Notes under the pieces: generated by a model
The model's input: only the letters and a program-made list of their open reading frames with translations
Database searches by the model: none
Told to the model about the DNA's origin: nothing
Assembly (NCBI GenBank): GCA_041480425.1
Contig: JBGOZX010000004.1
Coordinates: 1,076 to 65,075 of the forward strand
Length of the DNA stretch: 64,000 bases
Source of the DNA: Bacteroidia bacterium
Lineage (GTDB): Bacteria; Bacteroidota; Bacteroidia; Bacteroidales; VadinHA17
Direction of reading: 5' to 3'
Made by a program: the position numbers and the translations under genes
Shown: positions 9,441 through 17,117 of the stretch, in pieces
Layout of the letters: the number at the start of each line of letters is the position of its first letter
Numbering within the stretch: position 1 is the first letter of the stretch

Positions 9441-10703
9441 TTATTCCCCTCTAACAGCTACGATACCCGGGAGTTTTTTCCCCTCCATATATTCAAGCAT
9501 TGCTCCGCCTCCGGTTGAGACATAGCTGACCTTATCGGTCAGGCCATTTTTATTAATTGCCGCAACAGAGTCACCTCCTCCTATAAGGCTGAATGCTCCT
9601 TTTGCAGTTGCAGCTGCAATGGCTTTAGCAATTGCTGTGGTCCCTTTTGAGAATTTTTCCATCTCAAAAACACCCATCGGGCCATTCCAGAGAATGGTTT
9701 TTGATTTTTCAATTACTGCCGAAAATTTCTTAATTGTTTTCTCAGCAATATCAAGCCCCATCCATCCATCCTCAATGGCATCAACTGAAGTTACCGATGT
9801 ATTTGCCTCATTGTCAAATTTATCTGCATTCAGACTATCGATTGGCAGATAAAGATTTACTTTCTTTTCTTTTGCTTTTTCAATAATCTTCAGGGCAAGA
9901 TCAAGTTTATCTTCTTCGCAAAGCGATTTACCAATCTTCCCTCCCATTGCTTTAATAAAGGTGTATGTCATGCCGCCTCCGATAATCAGGTTATCAACTC
10001 TGTTAAGGAGATTTTCGATAAGCAGAATTTTATCGGACACCTTTGCGCCACCCATTATTGCTGTAAAAGGATGTTGTGAGCTATGAAGCACCTTATCCAT
10101 GGCAGCAAGTTCACTGTTAATGAGATAGCCGAACATGATCTTTTCCTTGGGGAAAAACTCTGCAATTACAGCAGTTGTCCCGTGTGCCCTGTGAGCAGTT
10201 CCGAATGCATCATTTACATATATTTCAGCATAACCTGCCAGCTTTCTGGCAAACTCTTTTTGTCTGATCTTCATTTCAGCTTTGGCAGCTTTCTTTTCAT
10301 TATCGGTTGCAGTCTCAGGTAAAATTGGTTTGCCTTCCTCTTCAGGATAGAAACGTACATTTTCGAGCAGTAAAACTTCTCCCGGTTGCAGGGCTGCTGA
10401 CATTTTTACTGCAGATTCCCCGAGACAATCATCGGCAAACTGTACTTTTTTCCCAAGATGCTTTTCCAGAAAAGGCAGCACAGGTTTAAGTGAATATTTT
10501 TCCATCCTTCCTTCCGGACGGCCCAGATGGGACATAAGAATAACGGAACCACCATCACTGAGAATTTTATTTATTGTCGGTATTGCTCCCCTGATACGGG
10601 TATCATCTGTAACAACAAAGGTTTTTTTGTCAAGAGGTACATTGAAATCGACCCGCACGATGACTTTTTTCCCCTTAAAATTGAAGTCCTGAATCATTTC
10701 CAT
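9441..10703 (-). CDS. pgk: phosphoglycerate kinase
   Basis: 420 aa with [29 protein letters not shown] and STGGGA motifs. The roughly 20-aa Lys-rich insertion is the long form seen in Bacteroidota. Confidence 0.95.
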   Translation of the reverse strand: MEMIQDFNFKGKKVIVRVDFNVPLDKKTFVVTDDTRIRGAIPTINKILSDGGSVILMSHLGRPEGRMEKYSLKPVLPFLEKHLGKKVQFADDCLGESAVKMSAALQPGEVLLLENVRFYPEEEGKPILPETATDNEKKAAKAEMKIRQKEFARKLAGYAEIYVNDAFGTAHRAHGTTAVIAEFFPKEKIMFGYLINSELAAMDKVLHSSQHPFTAIMGGAKVSDKILLIENLLNRVDNLIIGGGMTYTFIKAMGGKIGKSLCEEDKLDLALKIIEKAKEKKVNLYLPIDSLNADKFDNEANTSVTSVDAIEDGWMGLDIAEKTIKKFSAVIEKSKTILWNGPMGVFEMEKFSKGTTAIAKAIAAATAKGAFSLIGGGDSVAAINKNGLTDKVSYVSTGGGAMLEYMEGKKLPGIVAVRGE

Positions 10704-10880
10704 TTATGAAGAAATTTAGGTTAATAATTTATATATTATTTCTGCTTTGAAAGAAAAAATTGCCACAATGGCACTTAGGCACGAATATACATCAAGAATA
10801 GCAATTAATAAAATCCTTTTAATTAAAATCAAACGAACTCAACCGTCTGTTCAATTGTTTCCACTTCCAAAAAGAATGAT

Positions 10881-10888
10881 TAATTTTG
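10881..10888 (+). promoter_or_regulatory. Bacteroidota -7 promoter box (TAnnTTTG)
   Basis: TAATTTTG lies 11 nt upstream of ATG 10900 (tpx). Confidence 0.4.
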
Positions 10889-10899
10889 AAAAAAAAGTT

Positions 10900-11397
10900 A
10901 TGGCTAAAATTACTTTAAAAGGAAACCCCATAAATACATCGGGTGACCTTCCGTCAAAAGGGAGCAAAGCCCCTGATTTCACCCTGGTCAAATCGGACCT
11001 TGGAAGTATGACACTTTCAGAACTTAAAGGTAAGAAGCTTATACTGAATATATCTCCAAGTCTCGATACTTCAGTCTGTGCCACTTCGGTACGTAAATTC
11101 AATCAGTTAGCTGCAGGAAAAACCAATGTAATGGTTCTTGCTATCACAAAGGACCTTCCGTATGCCCACGGCCGTTTCTGCACAACTGAAGGTATCACCA
11201 ATGTTGTAACCCTTTCAGGATTCCGCGATTCGGGATTTGGCAAATCCTATGGTATAGACATTGTTGACGGCCCCATGGCCGGTCTTTACGCCCGCAGTAT
11301 TGTCGTGGTGGATGAGAACGGGAAAGTGGTTTATACCCAACTTGTTCCGGAGACAGTTGAGGAGCCTGATTATGATGCCGCACTGGCAGCATTATAG
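10900..11397 (+). CDS. tpx: thiol peroxidase (atypical 2-Cys peroxiredoxin)
   Basis: The homologous part starts at [15 protein letters not shown] and includes [17 protein letters not shown]. The first 51 codons of the track ORF (from TTG 10747) look like read-through of the divergent promoter region. Confidence 0.9.
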   Translation: MAKITLKGNPINTSGDLPSKGSKAPDFTLVKSDLGSMTLSELKGKKLILNISPSLDTSVCATSVRKFNQLAAGKTNVMVLAITKDLPYAHGRFCTTEGITNVVTLSGFRDSGFGKSYGIDIVDGPMAGLYARSIVVVDENGKVVYTQLVPETVEEPDYDAALAAL

Positions 11398-11420
11398 AAG
11401 GCAGAAGAAGAGCTAACTAT

Positions 11421-12548
11421 ATGAAGTTCTCACAGATACCGGGACAGACGGAGGTCATTAGCAGACTTCTTAATTCAGTCAGTCAGGAAAGGGTCAGTCA
11501 TGCCCAGCTTTTTACCGGACCGGAAGGTTGCGGGAGTCTGGCCCTGGCATTTGCCTATGCTCAGTTTATCAGCTGCGAAAACAGGACACTATCTGACTCA
11601 TGCGGTACCTGTAAGTCCTGTGTCAAATATGAAAAGCTGATTCACCCCGACCTCCATTTCGTTTTCCCGGTAATTAAGGATAAAAAAACCGCAGAACCTG
11701 TAAGTGATAATTATATTGAGCAATGGAGAGAATTTGTAAAACAATCTCCATATTTTGCATTAAACAAGTGGCTGGATTCCATTGAAGTTGGTAATGCCCA
11801 GGGGCTTATATTCGCTTCAGAAGCTTCAGAGATAATAAAAAAGCTGAGCCTCAAGACTTTTGAATCAGATTTCAAAATAATGATAATCTGGTTACCCGAA
11901 AAGATGCACCTTTCCACAGCTAATAAGCTCCTGAAAATGATTGAGGAGCCTCCTGAGAAAACTCTTTTCCTTCTGGTTTCTGAAGAGTCCGACAAGGTTA
12001 TCCCGACAATTCTTTCCAGATGTCAGCTGGTTAAAATTCCTTCTTTTAAAACACAGGATATAGAAAATTACCTTGTAAACCGCTTTGCAATAAGCAAAAC
12101 AAAAGTATCTGATATCTCACGTGTAGCAAACGGTAATATAATCAGAGCTATTGAGTTATGTGAAAACGAAGACTCTACACTCCTTAATCTTGACCGCTTT
12201 AAAAACCTTATGAGGTTTGCCTGGAAACGCGACATCATTTCAATAATCAGCTGGTCAGAGGAGATGGCAGCTACCGGCAGGGAATCGCAGAAGAATTTCA
12301 TTTCTTTTTCACTACGGATTCTCAGGGAAAACTTTATGTTATCACTCGATCAGCAGAAAAACAGACTCGTATACCTGACCGGAGAAGAGGCAGAATTTTC
12401 GGCAAAATTTCATCCTTTTATAAATCATAATAATATTTATCCTATTACCGGTGAACTCAACCTGGTTTATTCCCACATCGAATCAAATGGAAATGCCAAA
12501 ATTATCTTTCTGGATTTTGCTTTGAAAGTCACTCGTCTTTTACGGTGA
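11421..12548 (+). CDS. holB: DNA polymerase III subunit delta prime
   Basis: AAA+ clamp-loader fold with HAQLFTGPEGCGSLALAFAYAQFI, a Cys module CGTCKSCVK and an SRCQ sensor motif. Confidence 0.8.
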   Translation: MKFSQIPGQTEVISRLLNSVSQERVSHAQLFTGPEGCGSLALAFAYAQFISCENRTLSDSCGTCKSCVKYEKLIHPDLHFVFPVIKDKKTAEPVSDNYIEQWREFVKQSPYFALNKWLDSIEVGNAQGLIFASEASEIIKKLSLKTFESDFKIMIIWLPEKMHLSTANKLLKMIEEPPEKTLFLLVSEESDKVIPTILSRCQLVKIPSFKTQDIENYLVNRFAISKTKVSDISRVANGNIIRAIELCENEDSTLLNLDRFKNLMRFAWKRDIISIISWSEEMAATGRESQKNFISFSLRILRENFMLSLDQQKNRLVYLTGEEAEFSAKFHPFINHNNIYPITGELNLVYSHIESNGNAKIIFLDFALKVTRLLR

Positions 12549-12586
12549 TGTATTTGGAGAATGTTGAAATTAATGCATTTATTCAC

Positions 12587-12594
12587 TATTTTTG
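12587..12594 (+). promoter_or_regulatory. Bacteroidota -7 promoter box (TAnnTTTG)
   Basis: TATTTTTG lies 28 nt upstream of ATG 12623. Confidence 0.4.
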
Positions 12595-12622
12595 CGGATT
12601 AATTCAGTAGCATAAGAATCTT

Positions 12623-13774
12623 ATGACAGAGAATGAAGAATTACAGGGACAGCACGGAGAAGAGATCCGTATGCCTGATATAACATATAAACCCGGATAT
12701 AATAAGCTTGATTCTTTCAACTGGTTGAAAAATATACCCGATACAACAACAGAAAACGATATTGTTGAAGTACGTTTCAAGAACACTCGTAAAGGATTTT
12801 TCAGGAATGTTAACGGACTCAGGCTTGAGATAGGTGACGTTGTTGCAGTCGAAGCTTCTCCCGGACATGATATTGGAAGGGTTTCGATGGTTGGACCTTT
12901 AATTAATGAACAATTGAAGAAACTGAAGGTATCTCCTGCACCTGAAGATTTGAAGAAAGTCTACCGTAAAGCAAAAGCAGTTGATATTCAGAAATGGGAA
13001 GAGGCTAAGAAACTTGAGACGCCGACTATGTTGAGATCAAGAAAAATCTCAGAGGAGCTTAAACTCAACATGAAGATTGGAGATGTTGAATACCAGGGAG
13101 ATAAGACAAAAGCAATCTTTTATTATATTGCAGATGAAAGGGTGGATTTCCGACAACTTATCAAGGTACTTGCTGAGGAGTTCAGGGTAAGGATTGAAAT
13201 GCGTCAGATAGGTGCCCGCCAGGAAGCCGGGAGGATAGGTGGGATAGGCTCATGCGGAAGGGAATTATGTTGTTCTACACATATAACCAACTTTATTTCA
13301 GTTACAACAACTCATGCAAAGTACCAGGAGTTATCTTTAAATCCCCAGAAGCTCGCAGGCCAGTGCAGCAAACTGAAATGTTGCCTTAATTTTGAACTCG
13401 ACTGCTATGTTGATGCACAGAGATCGTTCCCTCCAAAAGAAGTTCCTCTTGAAATTATGGATACTACAGCTTATTTTCAGAAAATGGAGGTTCACAAAGG
13501 TGTCTACTGGTACACAACTGAACCTCATTCATCTGCAAACCTGACAGCTGTTCCGGTAGAAAGGGTAAGAGAAATACAGTTAATGAACAGGAAGGGACAA
13601 AAACCCGACAAACTCATCGTCCCCGATGAGTCATGGGATGTGACTCCGGTTTCTCAGGATCTTCTCAAAAATAACAGCCTTACACGTTTCGATACTCCTG
13701 AAGGTAAAAACCAGCATCATAAGCATTCCAATAAAAGAAAAACCAAAAGATTTAATGATAAGAGGAATAAGTAG
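12623..13774 (+). CDS. PSP1 domain protein (RicT/YaaT-like)
   Basis: 383 aa with a PSP1 C-terminal-domain pattern (VEYQGDKTKAIFYYIADERVDFRQLIKVLAEEFRVRIEMRQIGARQEA). A Cys cluster (CGRELCC...CSKLKCCLNFE) and a basic tail follow. Confidence 0.8.
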   Translation: MTENEELQGQHGEEIRMPDITYKPGYNKLDSFNWLKNIPDTTTENDIVEVRFKNTRKGFFRNVNGLRLEIGDVVAVEASPGHDIGRVSMVGPLINEQLKKLKVSPAPEDLKKVYRKAKAVDIQKWEEAKKLETPTMLRSRKISEELKLNMKIGDVEYQGDKTKAIFYYIADERVDFRQLIKVLAEEFRVRIEMRQIGARQEAGRIGGIGSCGRELCCSTHITNFISVTTTHAKYQELSLNPQKLAGQCSKLKCCLNFELDCYVDAQRSFPPKEVPLEIMDTTAYFQKMEVHKGVYWYTTEPHSSANLTAVPVERVREIQLMNRKGQKPDKLIVPDESWDVTPVSQDLLKNNSLTRFDTPEGKNQHHKHSNKRKTKRFNDKRNK

Positions 13775-14237
13775 ATTTTCATTTTTTTTGATAGTGATCT
13801 CTTTTTTGACGTTGTTTTCCTGTAACAGTAATTTGGTATTTACCGATTCAACTGTTATGGCCGTGAAAACATGGGAACTGACAAATATTCCTGCTTTTCA
13901 AATACCCGTAGATGACACTATTACCAGAAACAACATTCTGTTTACTATCAGAACCGGATCATCATATCCGTTCCGGAATATCTATTTGTTTGTAACCACC
14001 ACATCGCCGGATGGCAAAAGTATAACGGATACTCTCCAGTATAAACTGGCAGATGAAAAAGGGCACTGGTATGGGAAAGGATTCGGAGATATTCATGAGT
14101 TAAACCTGCCGTACAAATCAAATGTCTATTTCCCGCTAAAGGGTTTATATCAGATTAAAATTCAACACGGGATGCGTATTAAAGATCTTAAGGGAGTTTA
14201 TGATTTCGGATTGAGAATAGAAAAGATCAGTAAATAA
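13755..14237 (+). CDS. gldH: gliding motility / T9SS-associated lipoprotein GldH
   Basis: 160 aa with a lipoprotein signal (LTLFSC). The SSYPFRNIYLFV ... DEKGHWYGKG ... GLYQIKIQHGMR ... LKGVYDFGLRIEK blocks match my memory of the GldH family. It overlaps the PSP1 gene by 20 nt. Confidence 0.65.
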   Translation: MIRGISRFSFFLIVISFLTLFSCNSNLVFTDSTVMAVKTWELTNIPAFQIPVDDTITRNNILFTIRTGSSYPFRNIYLFVTTTSPDGKSITDTLQYKLADEKGHWYGKGFGDIHELNLPYKSNVYFPLKGLYQIKIQHGMRIKDLKGVYDFGLRIEKISK

Positions 14238-14247
14238 ATATTCTGAC

Positions 14248-15021
14248 GTGGGGAAGAATAAGCTGGCAAGATGGACCGAACTGGGTACATTTCACAATGT
14301 AATACAGCCTGAAACCAAAGATGTATCCGGCAAAGATCACAGGATAAAAGGGAATTGGAAGAAAGAGATTTTCGGGAATGAGAACCCTATTGTTCTCGAA
14401 CTTGGTTGCGGTAAGGGAGAATATACTTTAGGCCTGTCTGCAATATTACCTGGTAAAAATTATATCGGGGTTGATATAAAAGGAGCACGAATGTGGCGGG
14501 GTGCTAAAACAGCTGATGAAAAACAAATACTTAATATTGCTTTCCTGCGTACAAGAATAGAGTTCATTAATTCATTCTTTGCCGAAGATGAAGTTGATGA
14601 GATATGGATCACCTTCCCTGATCCTTATCCCGGAAAGAGAAACTCGAATAAAAGACTTATTTGTCCCTGGTTCCTTAATAAATATCGTAATTTTCTGAAA
14701 GACAGAGGCATAGTTCATCTGAAAACCGATAACTCCGAGCTTTATAATTATACGGAAAAGCTAGTCGAAAATAACGAACTCGAAATTATTATTGCCACAA
14801 GTGACTTGTATTCAGAGAGCTTACCCGGCAATGAATTAGTAAACAGAAATGATACTCCGGTTGAAGCTTCTGGTATTCCAGATCATATTTCAGATAATAT
14901 TCTTTCAATAAGGACTCACTATGAAAATATTTTTCTGAAGGACGGTTTAAAGACCAATTACCTTGCCTTCAGACTGGAAAAAGAAAAGTTCATCCATGAA
15001 AGCCGCCAAAAATCTGAATAA
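14248..15021 (+). CDS. trmB: tRNA (guanine-N7)-methyltransferase
   Basis: GTG start giving MGKNKLARW. It has the SAM motif VLELGCGKGEYT and the FPDPYP block. Confidence 0.85.
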   Translation: MGKNKLARWTELGTFHNVIQPETKDVSGKDHRIKGNWKKEIFGNENPIVLELGCGKGEYTLGLSAILPGKNYIGVDIKGARMWRGAKTADEKQILNIAFLRTRIEFINSFFAEDEVDEIWITFPDPYPGKRNSNKRLICPWFLNKYRNFLKDRGIVHLKTDNSELYNYTEKLVENNELEIIIATSDLYSESLPGNELVNRNDTPVEASGIPDHISDNILSIRTHYENIFLKDGLKTNYLAFRLEKEKFIHESRQKSE

Positions 15022-15346
15022 TAATGATTTTTTCAGCAGGGTATACGAAGTAACAAGGCTCATACCTTTTGGGAGAGTTACTTCTTACGGAGCAATTGCA
15101 CGTTATCTTGGATCGGGCAGATCAGCCCGGATGGTAGGCTGGGCTCTTAATGTCTGTCATAACAATCCCGAATTTATTCCGGCTCATAGAGTAGTTAACC
15201 GGAATGGTCTCCTTACGGGGAAATATCATTTTGGCAATTCCACAACTATGGAGCAGCTCCTTAAAAATGAGGGCATCATCGTCAAAGATGACAGAATTAC
15301 CAATTTAAGGGAAAAATTCTGGGATCCTTCCTCAGAACTGCTTTGA
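14996..15346 (+). CDS. alkyltransferase-like (MGMT-family DNA-binding) protein lacking the acceptor cysteine
   Basis: It has FFSRVYEVTRLIPFGRVTSYGAIA and IPAHRVVN. The canonical PCHRV has Ala in place of Cys, as in ATL/YbaZ-type proteins. The start at ATG 14996 overlaps the trmB end by 26 nt. Confidence 0.7.
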   Translation: MKAAKNLNNNDFFSRVYEVTRLIPFGRVTSYGAIARYLGSGRSARMVGWALNVCHNNPEFIPAHRVVNRNGLLTGKYHFGNSTTMEQLLKNEGIIVKDDRITNLREKFWDPSSELL

Positions 15347-15430
15347 TTTTTTTGTTATTCCAAAAAAAAATGGTAAAATTGCGCTTCTTTATAATTAAAT
15401 TAAATAAAAATAAGAAATTATTACCCCCAA

Positions 15431-15596
15431 AGCTGGCGCGGATTTGTAATCCGTGCCAAAGTAGACAGAATATTTTAAGCACGGATTGTAACCGGGCAGA
15501 GCACTAATCAAGGATTACAAATCCACGCTAGCGTCTGCGAGCTCGGCGAAGCCAACCGACCGAAGGGAGCTCAGCGAAGCTAAATCCGCGCCAGCG
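15431..15596. repeat. GC-rich composite inverted-repeat block (REP/MITE-like element or structured RNA)
   Basis: Three copies of one roughly 22-nt motif in alternating orientation: 15432-15457 forward, 15512-15533 reverse (19/22) and 15582-15596 reverse (perfect). The outer copies form a 14-bp perfect closing stem. There is also an inner 9-bp hairpin (15448-15456 / 15479-15487) and a 14-nt direct repeat (15539-15552 / 15567-15580). Confidence 0.8.
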
Positions 15597-15626
15597 TTTG
15601 CACAGGATCAAAAGAATAAATTTAAG

Positions 15627-16730
15627 ATGTACTCAAAAGAGGAGATATTAACCGCACTATCCAAAGTTATTCACCCTGAAAAAGGAAAAGATGTTGTCAC
15701 CCTTGGCATGATTTCGGAAATTGAATCAGGTGAGGAAGGGATCTCTCTTACAATTATCCCGGAAAAGTCAAATGATCCGTTTATATCTTCGGTTAAAAGT
15801 ACTATTGTAAGGACATTGAAAGAGGTTCTTGGACCTGATGCAATAATACGGGAAATTAAAGTTCAGCCTAAAATTATCACTGCCAAACTTAAGGAGAAAT
15901 CCGAAGATATTTTACCCGGAGTAAAAAATATTGTTGCAGTTTCTTCGGGAAAAGGAGGCGTAGGAAAAACAACAATCGCTGTAAACCTGGCAATTTCGCT
16001 GGCACGAAAGGGATATAACGTCGGGCTTTTGGATGCAGACGTCTACGGGCCATCTGTTCCGAAAATGTTTGATGCCGAAAAATACAGACCTGAAGTAAGA
16101 AGGGAAAACAATATTGATCATATTATTCCATTAACAAAATTTGGAGTAAAAGTTCTTTCGACAGGCTTTTTCGTTGATCCTTCCGATGCTGTTGTCTGGA
16201 GAGGTCCGATGGCTTCCAATTTCCTTAAACAACTTATTACACAGGGCGAGTGGGGGAAGCTTGATTATCTTCTTGTTGATCTTCCGCCCGGGACCAGTGA
16301 TATTCATCTGACTCTTGTTCAGGAAGTTCCGGTTACAGGAGCTATTGTTGTCAGTACACCACAGGAGGTGGCACTTGCTGATGCCGTTAAGGGAATTTCT
16401 ATGTTCAGAAGTGATAAAATAAATGTTCCGGTTCTTGGCCTTGTCGAAAATATGTCATGGTTCACTCCTGCAGAACTTCCCGAAAACAAATACTATATTT
16501 TTGGAAAGGAAGGATGCAGGGCGCTTGCCGTAAAGATGAACGTTCCCCTGCTGGGACAGATCCCACTTGTCCAGAGCATCTGTGAGGGTAGTGATAATGG
16601 TCATCCGGTTGCTCTTGATGACTCAATAACAGGAAATGCATTTAGGGCACTGGCTGACGAGGTGATCGAAAAAATCAATAAAAGAAACAAAGAACTGAGA
16701 CCATCTGTAAAATTGGAAATAATTAAATAA
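15627..16730 (+). CDS. apbC: Mrp/NBP35 (ApbC) family iron-sulfur cluster carrier ATPase
   Basis: N-terminal DUF59-like domain, deviant Walker A SSGKGGVGKTT, and the VDLPPGTSD and VENMS blocks. Confidence 0.9.
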   Translation: MYSKEEILTALSKVIHPEKGKDVVTLGMISEIESGEEGISLTIIPEKSNDPFISSVKSTIVRTLKEVLGPDAIIREIKVQPKIITAKLKEKSEDILPGVKNIVAVSSGKGGVGKTTIAVNLAISLARKGYNVGLLDADVYGPSVPKMFDAEKYRPEVRRENNIDHIIPLTKFGVKVLSTGFFVDPSDAVVWRGPMASNFLKQLITQGEWGKLDYLLVDLPPGTSDIHLTLVQEVPVTGAIVVSTPQEVALADAVKGISMFRSDKINVPVLGLVENMSWFTPAELPENKYYIFGKEGCRALAVKMNVPLLGQIPLVQSICEGSDNGHPVALDDSITGNAFRALADEVIEKINKRNKELRPSVKLEIIK

Positions 16731-16737
16731 AGGTAAT

Positions 16738-16977
16738 ATGGAAGAATTAAATAGTATTAAAGAACGCGTGACCAAAGCACTCAACAGAGTCAGACCCTAC
16801 CTCCAGAACGATGGCGGAGATATTGACCTGATAGAAATAACAGATGATCTGACTGTAAAAGTAAAACTTACCGGAGCTTGTCATGGATGCCCATATAGTA
16901 TGCAGACTTTAAAAGCTGGTGTTGAGCAGGCGATCATGCAGGAAGTTCCCGAAATTAAAAGAGTTATTTCAGCCTGA
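16738..16977 (+). CDS. NifU-like Fe-S cluster scaffold domain protein
   Basis: 79 aa with RPYLQNDGGDIDLIE ... LTGACHGCPYS, the CxxC of the NifU C-terminal domain. Confidence 0.85.
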   Translation: MEELNSIKERVTKALNRVRPYLQNDGGDIDLIEITDDLTVKVKLTGACHGCPYSMQTLKAGVEQAIMQEVPEIKRVISA

Positions 16978-17002
16978 AAATTCACGGCTCTCCAAATTTA
17001 TC

Positions 17003-17010
17003 TACCTTTG
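17003..17010 (+). promoter_or_regulatory. possible Bacteroidota -7 promoter box (TAnnTTTG) for the PorW/SprE-like gene
   Basis: TACCTTTG lies 107 nt upstream of the TTG start at 17118. This would give a structured leader (see findings). Confidence 0.3.
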
Positions 17011-17117
17011 AAGTCGGTGAGCCCTTCGGGGTTCATCAGACCATTAAAAATTAAATTATAGTCTGATGAAATACTATACTCAGTATTAGTTAGTTTATAG
17101 TATTAAAAGTCATTATA

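Noticed and set aside
10761-10773. TGCCA-N3-TGGCA palindrome between pgk and tpx, considered as a possible redox-regulator operator
   Set aside because: The arms are only 5 bp with no second half-site or repeat, so the chance occurrence is too likely to call.
10747-10899. 51-codon N-terminal extension of tpx from TTG 10747
   Set aside because: Peroxidase homology begins at [10 protein letters not shown] (ATG 10900). The extension covers the divergent pgk/tpx promoter region and contains the TAATTTTG box.
15437-15455. Anticodon-arm-like stem-loop (GCGGA-TTTGTAA-TCCGT, loop reading U-UGU-A as in tRNA-Thr) inside the repeat block
   Set aside because: No acceptor, D or T arms can be drawn around it, and the same motif recurs inverted nearby. 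It is part of the repeat element and not a tRNA gene.
15297-15482. 61-aa minus-strand ORF spanning the spacer before mrp
   Set aside because: It reads through the repeat element and a poly-A/T tract. It has no start context or motif, and is typical of spurious ORFs created by REP-like repeats.
15555-15580. CCGACCGAAGGGAGCTCAGC, with faint resemblance to the SRP RNA domain IV GGAAGGAAGCAGC segment
   Set aside because: Only scattered identities are present. The symmetric-loop partner strand and the closing helix of 4.5S RNA are absent.
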